A DNA stretch of 64,000 nt. Origin: Archangium sp. GTDB taxonomy: Bacteria > Myxococcota > Myxococcia > Myxococcales > Myxococcaceae. The translations under genes and the position numbers were made by a program. This document shows, piece by piece, positions 37,620-45,759 of this stretch (the first letter of the stretch is position 1; every line of letters begins with the position of its first letter). The stretch spans positions 6,976,259-7,040,258 of the forward strand of contig JASGKS010000001.1 in assembly GCA_047600485.1 (NCBI GenBank). Reading direction: 5' to 3'. The notes beneath the pieces are model-generated. The model was not told the origin of the DNA and searched no databases. It was given only the letters and a program-made list of their open reading frames with translations.

Positions 37620-38687
37620 ATGGCATCCGCTCCCGTCATCGCTTCCGTCGCTCGCGCGCTCCCGCCGCACTACCACTCGCAGGCAGAGCTCTCGCAGGGC
37701 CTTCAGGACTACTGGCGCGAAGGCGGCCACCACTTCAACAAGAGCCGCGTCGATTCGTTGCACGCCTCGGTGCAGGTGCGCGGGCGGCACCTCGCGATTC
37801 CGATGGCCGACTACCCGCCGCTCAACACCTTCGAGAAGCGAAACCAGGTGTGGATTCGCGAGGCGGTGAAGCTCGGTGAACAGGCCGTGCGCGACGCGGT
37901 GAAGAAGGCCGGGCTCTCGCTGCAAGACATCGACGCGTTGTGCTTCACGAGCATCACCGGTCTCGCGACGCCGAGCATCGACGCGCGATTGGTGAACAAG
38001 CTCGGGCTGCGCAACGACGTGAAGCGGCTTCCGATTTTCGGACTCGGCTGCGTCGCGGGAGTGGCTGGCACCGCGCGCGTGAGCGACATGCTGCGCGGTT
38101 TTCCCGGGCACAACGCGGTGCTGCTCTCGGTCGAACTGTGCAGCCTCACCGTGCAGCGCGATGACCTCTCGCTCTCGAACATCATCGCGTCGGGGCTGTT
38201 CGGCGACGGCGCTTCGGCAGTCGTGGTGCGCGGAGGCGACGCTCCCGGCGATGGACCGCGCGTGCTCGCGAGCGAATCGGTCTTCTACCCAGACACCGAA
38301 GACGTGATGGGTTGGGACTTTCTCGATTCGGGTTTCAAGGTCGTGCTCTCGGCGCGCGTGCCGGAGATGGTGCTCACCAACGTGCGCAACAACGTCGACG
38401 GTTTCTTGAGCAAGCACGGCGTGAAGCGCAGCGACATCAAGCACTGGGTCGCGCACACCGGCGGGCCGAAGGTGCTCGAGGCGTTCGAGCAGGCACTCGA
38501 GCTTCCACCCGACGCGCTCGCGCGAAGCTGGGAGTCGCTGCGCTCGGTCGGAAATCTCTCGTCGTCGTCGGTGCTCTACGTGCTCGGTGACCTGCTCGAC
38601 TCGGGCGTCGCGAAGAAGGGCGACGTCGGCCTGATGATGGCGATGGGCCCGGGCTTCTGCTCGGAGCTGGTGCTGCTGAAATGGTGA
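37620..38687 (+). CDS. Type III polyketide synthase (chalcone/stilbene synthase family)
   Basis: Catalytic Cys in FGLGCVAGVAG, His in WVAHTGGPKVL, Asn in VGNLSSSSVLYVL. Length 355 aa. Confidence 0.9.
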   Translation: MASAPVIASVARALPPHYHSQAELSQGLQDYWREGGHHFNKSRVDSLHASVQVRGRHLAIPMADYPPLNTFEKRNQVWIREAVKLGEQAVRDAVKKAGLSLQDIDALCFTSITGLATPSIDARLVNKLGLRNDVKRLPIFGLGCVAGVAGTARVSDMLRGFPGHNAVLLSVELCSLTVQRDDLSLSNIIASGLFGDGASAVVVRGGDAPGDGPRVLASESVFYPDTEDVMGWDFLDSGFKVVLSARVPEMVLTNVRNNVDGFLSKHGVKRSDIKHWVAHTGGPKVLEAFEQALELPPDALARSWESLRSVGNLSSSSVLYVLGDLLDSGVAKKGDVGLMMAMGPGFCSELVLLKW

Positions 38688-39208
38688 ACTCGCTCTGGCT
38701 CTACACGGCGCTCATCGCGCTGGTGGGCGTGGAGCGGCTCGTCGAACTTCGACTCTCGGTGCGCAACGCGAAGTGGGCGTTCGAGCGCGGCGCGAAAGAG
38801 TACGGTCAGGGCCACTACCCGTTCATGACCGTGTTCCACACCGCGTTCCTCGTGGCGTGCGTGGCGGAGCCGTGGCTCTTCGACCGGCCCTTCGTTTCGC
38901 CGTGGGGCTTCCTCGCGCTCGCGTTCGCCGTCGGCGCGCAGCTGTTGCGGTACTGGGCCATCACCACGCTCGGCACGCGGTGGAACACGCGCGTCATCGT
39001 GCTGCCGAAGGGAGAGCAGTTGGTGAGCGGCGGGCCGTACCAATTCGTGCGGCACCCGAACTACGTCGCGGTGTGCGTCGAGCTGCTGGCGTTGCCGCTC
39101 ATTCACGGAGCGTTCGTGACCGCGGTGGTCTTCACGATTGGAAATGCGCTGCTCTTGCGCGTGCGCATCAAGGTCGAGGAGACGGCGCTCGGTCTGCGCG
39201 CGGAGTAG
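38681..39208 (+). CDS. Isoprenylcysteine carboxyl methyltransferase (ICMT)-family membrane methyltransferase
   Basis: Multi-TM protein with C-terminal GGPYQFVRHPNYVAVCVELLALPL motif typical of the ICMT/PEMT family. Overlaps the PKS stop by 7 nt. Confidence 0.8.
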   Translation: MVNSLWLYTALIALVGVERLVELRLSVRNAKWAFERGAKEYGQGHYPFMTVFHTAFLVACVAEPWLFDRPFVSPWGFLALAFAVGAQLLRYWAITTLGTRWNTRVIVLPKGEQLVSGGPYQFVRHPNYVAVCVELLALPLIHGAFVTAVVFTIGNALLLRVRIKVEETALGLRAE

Positions 39209-39210
39209 GA

Positions 39211-39671
39211 CGTGGCGCATGGCGATTCTCTTCCGTGCGGCGGTGCGAGCTGACCTTCCTGCGATGTTGGCGCTGCTGGCTGACGACACGCTGGGCACCA
39301 AGCGCGAGGTGAGCAGCGAGGACCCGCGCTACCTCGCCGCGTGGGAAGCGGTGACCACCGACGCGAATCAACACCTGCTCGTCGCCGAGCTCGACGGCGC
39401 GGTGGTGGGCATGATGCAGATGACGCGCACGCCCGGCCTCTCTCGCGCAGGAGCGTGGCGCGCGACGCTCGAATCGGTGCGCATTCGCAGCGACCTCCGC
39501 GGGCGTGGGTACGGCGGGCAGTTCATCGAGTACGCGATTGAGTTGGCGCGCACCCTCGGGTGCCGGTTGGTGCAGCTCACCAGCGACGTGCGACGCGAAG
39601 AAGCGCATCGGTTCTACGGGCGACTCGGCTTCGTCGCGTCGCACACCGGCTTCAAGCTCGAGCTCAAGTGA
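39211..39671 (+). CDS. GNAT family N-acetyltransferase
   Basis: RIRSDLRGRGYGGQFIEYAIELAR acetyl-CoA binding motif (R/Q-x-x-G-x-G/A). Start taken at MAILFRAAV (39211) rather than the ORF-track 39138. Confidence 0.75.
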
Positions 39672-40762
39672 GAGTCGACGTCGCCATCGTCGGAGCGGGT
39701 CCCGCCGGCCTCGCCACGGCCATCGGCGCTGCGACGCGCGGGCTGACGGTGCACGTGTTCGACAAGCAGGGCTTTCCCATCGACAAGGCGTGCGGTGAAG
39801 GGCTGATGCCGTCGGGCTTGTCGGCGCTCGAGCGGCTCGGCGCGCTGAAGTTTCTCGACCGTGCTGATTCGGCGGAGTTCCACTCCATTACCTATGTGCA
39901 GGAGAGCGGCGTGCGCGCGGTGGGCACGTTGCCCGCTCCCGGTGGGCTCGGCGTGCGTCGCCTCGCGCTGTCCGCAGCGTTGCGCGCGCGCGCGGTCGAA
40001 GCCGGAGTCGTGCTGCACGAGAAGACCGGCGTGCGCACACATCGCCACGTCATCGACGGCGTCGAGCTCGAGACGGAGAGTGAAGTCGTGCACGCGCAGG
40101 TGCTCATCGCGGCCGACGGGTTGAACTCGCTGTGCCGGCAACGCGAAGGGCTCGCTGGGCCGGTGGCGAAACATCGGCGGTTCGGTGTGCGGCGGCATCT
40201 GCGCGTGAAGCCGTGGGCCGCGACGGTCGAGGTGCATTTCGCGGAAGGCGTCGAGGCGTACGTCACTCCCGCGGGCGTCGAGCGCGTGGGCGTCGCGTTT
40301 CTGTGGGACGCGTCGAGCGCGGTGAGTGAAGAGAGCGGCTTCGATGCGCTGCTCGCGCGTTTCCCCGAGCTCGCTGAGCGCGTGCGCGGAGCTGACTTCG
40401 ATTCGTCGTCGCGCGGCGCGGGCCCGTTGATGCAGCACGTGCAGCGGCGCGTCGCACCGCGGTTCGCGCTGGTGGGAGATGCCGCCGGCTACGTCGATGC
40501 CATCACCGGTGAAGGGCTGACGCAGGCGTTCGACGCGTCGGAAGCGCTGGTCAGTGTGTTGCCCGAAGTCATCGCGGCGCGCGGAGCGGTGGAAGCGTTC
40601 GGTGCGTACGAGCGCGCGGCCGAGAAGTCTTTCGTCAGGTACGCGCGGCTCGCGAACTCGCTGCTGTGGCTCGCGCGACGTCCCCAGTTGCGGAAGTTCG
40701 TCGTCGCGTCGCTGGCGAAGAGCCCTGCCCTGTTCGAGCGAGTCCTCGCGTCGGCGCTGTAG
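39668..40762 (+). CDS. FAD-dependent oxidoreductase/monooxygenase (geranylgeranyl-reductase-like family)
   Basis: GTGA overlap with the GNAT stop. N-terminal dinucleotide-binding motif VDVAIVGAGPAGLATA...VHVFDK. GD motif LVGDAAGYVDAITGEG. Confidence 0.8.
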   Translation: MRVDVAIVGAGPAGLATAIGAATRGLTVHVFDKQGFPIDKACGEGLMPSGLSALERLGALKFLDRADSAEFHSITYVQESGVRAVGTLPAPGGLGVRRLALSAALRARAVEAGVVLHEKTGVRTHRHVIDGVELETESEVVHAQVLIAADGLNSLCRQREGLAGPVAKHRRFGVRRHLRVKPWAATVEVHFAEGVEAYVTPAGVERVGVAFLWDASSAVSEESGFDALLARFPELAERVRGADFDSSSRGAGPLMQHVQRRVAPRFALVGDAAGYVDAITGEGLTQAFDASEALVSVLPEVIAARGAVEAFGAYERAAEKSFVRYARLANSLLWLARRPQLRKFVVASLAKSPALFERVLASAL

Positions 40763-40865
40763 TTTTCTGCTCGGAAATTCGCGCCGAAATTGCGGCGATT
40801 CTGTGCGTGGCGTTTACAGCCTGAGGCCGATTCTCAAACGCTGCGAAAGCCGACCATGCGGGACC

Positions 40866-42392
40866 ATGAGCATTCGTGTGGCTTCTCCGTTGGTGCCGAC
40901 GCTGCCTCCTCCCACGCCGTTGCCGGTTCCGACCGCGGGACAGGTGAAGCGCGCTGAGACGCAGTTGAAGAAGCTCGGATACAGCCCGGGCGCAGTCGAC
41001 GGTCGCCCCACCGCGGCGTTCTCGTCGGCGCTCAAGGAATTCCAGGCGGCGTGGGGTTTGTCTGCGACCGGCACGCTCGACGACGCGACGCGCTCGAAGC
41101 TCGACCACACCGCGGAGCGGCAGCACGACGCGAAGGGCAAGTCGGTCTCGGTCGGCGAGAAGTCGAAGAGCATTCTGAAGATGGAGCAGCTGCTGGCGCG
41201 GCTCGGTTACCGCGTCGGAAAGCGCGACGGTGTCTACTCGCGCGAGACCGCGGAGGCGGTGAAGGCGTTCCGCGCTGATCAGAAGGAACTGAAGGACGGC
41301 TTCGGCTCGATGAGCACCGGCGCGCAGAAGGTGCTGCAGCGCGAGGCGAGCTCGCTGTCGCATGCTCCGGAGCGTCGCCGCGTGAAGGCCACCGCCGCGC
41401 AGACGCAGCTCGATCGCGCCACGCTGAACGCGACGCGCGCGGGCATCAAGGAAGGTGACCACTCGCGCGTCGTCGCCAACGTGCAGCAGCACTTGCGCGC
41501 GGCGGGCTTCGACCCCAAGCGCGTGACCGGCACGTTCGATGAGCGCACCGCGGGCGCGCTCAAGGCGTTCCAGCGTCGCAGCAAGCTCGAGCCGACCGGC
41601 GTGGTCGACGCGAAGACCTGGCGCGCGCTGCGCAACGCGCGGATGGAAGCGACCTCGGGCACCAGCCCCGCGCAGCGGCTCAACGAGCGCAGCGGCGCGG
41701 TGAAGGCGAGCGAGAAGCTGCTCAAGAAGCTCGGCTTCAACCCCGGGAAGATCGACGGGCTGTTCGACAAGCGCACCGAGAAGGCCGTGCGTGCGTTCGA
41801 GCGCCGCGAGCACCTCAAGGTCGACGGAGCCATCACCACCGGCGAGCTGTCGAAGATGAAGAAGCTGTCGAAGGGCGTCACGCTCGGACAGCTGCACGCC
41901 ATCATGCCGTCGCTGCCGATGTCGAAGGCGCGGGCGTATTTGCCGCTGCTCAACCGCGCGATGGCCGAGGCGCACATCAACACCAAGTCGCGCAAGGCGA
42001 TGTTCCTCGCGCAGCTCGCGCACGAGAGCGTGCAGCTGCGGTTCTTCGAGGAGATTGCGTCGGGCGCGGCGTACGAGGGCCGGCGAGATCTGGGCAACAC
42101 GCACCCGGGTGATGGCGTTCGGTACAAGGGGCGCGGGCCGATTCAGCTGACTGGTCGCGCGAACTACCGCGCGGCGGGGAAGGCGCTGCACCTGCCGCTC
42201 GAGGCGCAGCCGAAGATGGCGGCGCGCCCGTCGGTCGGGTTCCGCACGGCGGCGTGGTTCTGGACGAGCCACGGACTCAACGCGCTTGCGGACCGTGGTG
42301 ACTTCATCGGCGTCACGCGGCGCATCAACGGCGGTACCAACGGGCTGTCGTCGCGGCAGGCGTACTACCGCAAGGCGCTGCGGGTTCTCTGA
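40866..42392 (+). CDS. Putative peptidoglycan hydrolase: 5 PG-binding (PG_binding_1) repeats + C-terminal GH19 chitinase/lysozyme-like domain
   Basis: Repeats of LKKLGYSPGAVDG....T..A(L/V)KAFQ. C-terminal ...AQLAHES..L...EE.....YEGRRDLGNT.PGDG.RYKGRGPIQLTGRANY, the GH19 signature. Start at ATG 40866; the ORF-track 40554 start adds an Arg/Ser-rich non-coding-like extension. Confidence 0.75.
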   Translation: MSIRVASPLVPTLPPPTPLPVPTAGQVKRAETQLKKLGYSPGAVDGRPTAAFSSALKEFQAAWGLSATGTLDDATRSKLDHTAERQHDAKGKSVSVGEKSKSILKMEQLLARLGYRVGKRDGVYSRETAEAVKAFRADQKELKDGFGSMSTGAQKVLQREASSLSHAPERRRVKATAAQTQLDRATLNATRAGIKEGDHSRVVANVQQHLRAAGFDPKRVTGTFDERTAGALKAFQRRSKLEPTGVVDAKTWRALRNARMEATSGTSPAQRLNERSGAVKASEKLLKKLGFNPGKIDGLFDKRTEKAVRAFERREHLKVDGAITTGELSKMKKLSKGVTLGQLHAIMPSLPMSKARAYLPLLNRAMAEAHINTKSRKAMFLAQLAHESVQLRFFEEIASGAAYEGRRDLGNTHPGDGVRYKGRGPIQLTGRANYRAAGKALHLPLEAQPKMAARPSVGFRTAAWFWTSHGLNALADRGDFIGVTRRINGGTNGLSSRQAYYRKALRVL

Positions 42393-42425
42393 GGCTCGTA
42401 GAACGTAAGTAAAAGCTTACTTTTG

Positions 42426-42466
42426 GTTCACCCTCACCCCGACCCTCTCCCTCGCGGGAGAGGGGG
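42426..42466. repeat. Dispersed palindromic intergenic repeat, copy 3
   Basis: caccctcaccccgaccctctccctcgcgggagaggggg between convergent genes. Preceded by the AT-rich palindrome gtaagtaaaagcttac. Confidence 0.8.
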
Positions 42467-42512
42467 ATTTGTTTGGGCACTTCGTCCGGCCCTTCACCAG
42501 CCCTCGCGGGCA

Positions 42513-43463
42513 TCACTCCAGGAATGCGTCGAGCCGCGCGATGCGATCTCCGTCGAGCGTCAGCACGTGGAGCGCTGCCTTCACGCCATCGCGGAACATC
42601 GTCAGCGCCGGCTGACCGTTCGCCGTCGTGAGCTCGACGCGGAACGAGCCCGCGCTGCCAGGCACCAGCACCATGCCGGCCAGCGACGCTCCGATGTTCG
42701 CCGCGCCGCGGAACCACACCGGCATCGGCGGCATGGTGAGCACCGCGTCTTCTTTCAGCAACTGCACGAGCAGCCCGACGTCGCTGCGTTCCCACGCGGT
42801 GATGTAGCGAGCCAGCAGCGAACGCGTCGTCTCGTCATCAGCCGCCGGAGCACGCACCGCGCGATTCTCTTCGAGCGTCGCCCTCGCCCGCTGCAGCGCC
42901 GAGTTCACCGCCGCGACCGACAGCTCGAGCAGCTCGGCGCACTCGCTCGCCTGCCACCCGAGCACGTCGCGCAACAACAACACCGCGCGCTGTCTCGGCG
43001 GCAACCGCTGCAACGCCGTCAGGAACGCCAGCGACACGCTCTGCCGCCGCGAGTAGCGCGCTTCGGGTGACGCTTCTTCGGGCTCAATCCACTCGTCGGG
43101 GCACGGCTGCAGCCACGGCACCTCGACGTCGGGCGCCATCGACGACAGCACGGCCGCGCTCGGCTCACCCGGCCCGCTCAAGTCACTCGGCAGCACGCGA
43201 TTCTTCTTCGCTTCGAGCGCGTTGAGGCACGCTGACGTCGCCACGCGATACAGCCAGCCGCGCAAGCTCGAACGACCCTCGAAACCACCGAGGCCCTTCC
43301 ACGCCTTCACCAGCGAGTCCTGCAGCAGGTCTTCGGCGTCGTGCGTCGAGCCGCTCATCCGATAGCAGTGCGCTCGCAGCTCCCGGCGAAACGGAGCGAC
43401 CAGTTGCTCGAACGCCTTCGCATTTCCCGCGCGCGCCGAGGCGAGAAGTTGTTCGGAACTCAT
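42513..43463 (-). CDS. ECF-type RNA polymerase sigma factor with C-terminal SnoaL-like extension (ECF41-like)
   Basis: Sigma-2 region DAEDLLQDSLVKAWKGLGGFEG. Sigma-4 region RQRAVLLLRDVLGWQASECAELLELSVAAVNSALQRAR. An extra roughly 110-aa C-terminal domain. Confidence 0.8.
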   Translation of the reverse strand: MSSEQLLASARAGNAKAFEQLVAPFRRELRAHCYRMSGSTHDAEDLLQDSLVKAWKGLGGFEGRSSLRGWLYRVATSACLNALEAKKNRVLPSDLSGPGEPSAAVLSSMAPDVEVPWLQPCPDEWIEPEEASPEARYSRRQSVSLAFLTALQRLPPRQRAVLLLRDVLGWQASECAELLELSVAAVNSALQRARATLEENRAVRAPAADDETTRSLLARYITAWERSDVGLLVQLLKEDAVLTMPPMPVWFRGAANIGASLAGMVLVPGSAGSFRVELTTANGQPALTMFRDGVKAALHVLTLDGDRIARLDAFLE

Positions 43464-43588
43464 GCGGGACTTTCTAATCCTGAACCGGTCGCCGTCGCCC
43501 CGCCAACTCGAGCGAGTCGATGCAGCGATGAGTTTTCGACGCAGCTCCGGTCTTCACCCACGTCACCTCAACTCGACTGGAGACACAC

Positions 43589-44263
43589 ATGAGCTTCGAA
43601 CACGTATTGCTGTGCATTCGCGGGACGTTGGCAGCTGGCAGCGACCGCAACGCCGCGCGCGAGACCCACAACGCCACCGCCGGCGACCCCGAAGGCGTGA
43701 AGGCCGCGAAGGCGCTCGGCGACCTCTCGCACAAGGTGTTCGTCACCTCGGGTGGAGAGAAGAACGGCGCGAAGAACGACGAGCTCCTCATCCTCGACAT
43801 CTGGCAGACGCCCGAGGCGATTCAGAAGTTCTTCAGCAACGGCGCAGTGCAGGGCGGCGGCGCACGGCTGTTCAAGAATCGCGAACCGGTGGTCTTCATG
43901 CCCGCGAAGGGCGCGATGACGTTCAACATCGTCGCTCCGATGAACAAGACCGAGCGCTACGTCGCCGTGCTGCGCGGCAAGGTGAAGTCACCCGAGGCCA
44001 CCATCGACGCGTTCAAGGCGCACCAGCAGCGCTTCATCAATCCCGGGCGGCAGAACGGCCAGCTCTCGCACGACCTCTACGTGCGGCTCGACGGCCCGGG
44101 CCCCGACGGGCTCATCGAAGTGCTCGGCGTCGACACGTGGAGCGACTTGAAGGGCATGCAGGCGCACTACGCCGAGGTGATGGGCGGGCTGATGCCGCTC
44201 TTCGCCGAGCCGCCGGTGACGAGCGTGTGGACGCAGCCTCCGGGCGCGTGGGTCGAGTGGTAA
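43589..44263 (+). CDS. Hypothetical protein (divergent partner of ECF sigma)
   Basis: Intact 224-aa ORF with good codon bias. No motif recognized. Confidence 0.45.
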   Translation: MSFEHVLLCIRGTLAAGSDRNAARETHNATAGDPEGVKAAKALGDLSHKVFVTSGGEKNGAKNDELLILDIWQTPEAIQKFFSNGAVQGGGARLFKNREPVVFMPAKGAMTFNIVAPMNKTERYVAVLRGKVKSPEATIDAFKAHQQRFINPGRQNGQLSHDLYVRLDGPGPDGLIEVLGVDTWSDLKGMQAHYAEVMGGLMPLFAEPPVTSVWTQPPGAWVEW

Positions 44264-44290
44264 CGCCCCTCATGGGGTACGGTCCGCGGC

Positions 44291-44827
44291 ATGAATGGAG
44301 CCTTGCTGGCCGCGGGCGCAGTCAAACTCTTCGTCGGAATCGGAATCGGTGGTCTCGGCGTCGCGCTCGCGTGGAAGTTGCTCTCGCGGGTGCTCTCGCG
44401 CGGTGAAGGCATTCCGCTCGAGGACAACGGCGCCGCGGGAATTCTGCACGCCAGCGCGCTCATCTCGCTCGGGCTGCTGGTGCGCCAGGTACTCTCGGCG
44501 CTCTACGACACCATCGACCTCTTCCTGCTTCGCGGAGAGCTGCTGAAGACGTTGCCGCGGGTTCTTCTCCTCGGGGGGATTCACATCGGCCTCGCGCTCG
44601 GCCTGGGCGCGTCGATTCTTCTGCTCGGCGTGTGGCTGTTCAATCGGCTCACTCCCGGCATCGACGAGGTCGCCGCGGTGCGCGCGGGAAAAATCGGTCC
44701 GGCGCTGGTGCTCGGCGCGATTCTGGTGACGCTCTCGCTGCTCGCCGCTCCGGGGCTCGAGGCGTTGCTCACGGGTTTGATTCCGCTCCCGACGTTGCCT
44801 GAAGGCGTGGGAGTGACCGCTTCGTGA
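44291..44827 (+). CDS. DUF350-like small integral membrane protein
   Basis: Two internally similar hydrophobic halves with charged loops, as in DUF350. Confidence 0.5.
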   Translation: MNGALLAAGAVKLFVGIGIGGLGVALAWKLLSRVLSRGEGIPLEDNGAAGILHASALISLGLLVRQVLSALYDTIDLFLLRGELLKTLPRVLLLGGIHIGLALGLGASILLLGVWLFNRLTPGIDEVAAVRAGKIGPALVLGAILVTLSLLAAPGLEALLTGLIPLPTLPEGVGVTAS

Positions 44828-45759
44828 GATGGGCTGCCGGACCAGGGCAGCCGATTGCGCCGATGCCGCCACCGGTGCGTGCGCCGGCGCCTCCGCCGAA
44901 GAAGGGCGGTGGCTGCTTCAAAATCGTCATCGGCATTCTGGTCGCCTCGTTTCTCTTCTGCTGCTGCATCGTCAGCGCCGCGCTCGAGAGCGCTGACGAC
45001 CCGCTCAACTGGCAGCAGGTGGTGCAGGCGCCCGACGTCGGCCCGCGCACCAACCTGGGAACTGCCGTGGTGCCTGATGATCTCCGCGCTGATCAGACGC
45101 GACGCTACGCGTGGCGCGAGCGGCTCACCGCGTTCGAGCTGCGCTACGGAATTTCGGACGACGTGCATCGCCAGGTGGAAGACGATTTCGCCGAGCTGTC
45201 GGAGCGCTTCGACTACCGCCCGGGAAAAGGCACGAGCTTCACGTGGCTCCCGCCGCCGGCGTGCCGCGGTCGCGAGTGGAACTGCGTGTTCGACTCGCTC
45301 GCCAGCGACAGCAACCAGAACATTCTCGCGCTCACCAGGCTCTTCAAGCAGCGCCAGGAAGCCGAGCAGCTCGATCAACGCGAGCTCGCCGAGCTGGTGA
45401 TCAGCTTCGTGCAGAACATCAAGTACCGGCTCCCCACCGAGGAGACCGCGGCGTTCGGCCTGCTGCCTCCCACCATCGTGGTGAGCGACGGCAGCGGTGA
45501 CTGCGACAGCAAGGCGTTGCTGGCGACGATTCTCCTGCGACAACTCGGCGTCGACGCGGTGGTGCTGCTCGGCTCGAGCCTGGGTCACGCGGCGCTCGGC
45601 GTCGCGCTGCCGGCGCAGGGAAAGAAGTTCGGAAAGAAGTACGCGTTCGTCGAAGTGACGACGCCGGGGTGGACGATTGGGACGATTCCTCCCGGCTACG
45701 ACATCGCGGGCGCGTGGAAGGTGATTCCCGTCACCGTGTCCAAGGGAGAAGACGATTGA
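44824..45759 (+). CDS. Membrane-anchored transglutaminase-like (cysteine protease core) domain protein
   Basis: Pro-rich N-terminus, TM helix. C-terminal VSDGSGDCDSKALLATILLRQLGVDAVVL resembles the transglutaminase-core G-x-C-xxx-A...LR..GI motif. 4-nt overlap with the upstream gene. Confidence 0.45.
   Translation: MRWAAGPGQPIAPMPPPVRAPAPPPKKGGGCFKIVIGILVASFLFCCCIVSAALESADDPLNWQQVVQAPDVGPRTNLGTAVVPDDLRADQTRRYAWRERLTAFELRYGISDDVHRQVEDDFAELSERFDYRPGKGTSFTWLPPPACRGREWNCVFDSLASDSNQNILALTRLFKQRQEAEQLDQRELAELVISFVQNIKYRLPTEETAAFGLLPPTIVVSDGSGDCDSKALLATILLRQLGVDAVVLLGSSLGHAALGVALPAQGKKFGKKYAFVEVTTPGWTIGTIPPGYDIAGAWKVIPVTVSKGEDD

Noticed and set aside
40554-40865. N-terminal extension of the PG-binding/GH19 gene in the ORF track (start 40554)
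   Set aside because: The extension overlaps the 3' end of the FAD oxidoreductase gene and is Arg/Ser-rich. ATG 40866 gives a clean protein start before the first PG-binding repeat.
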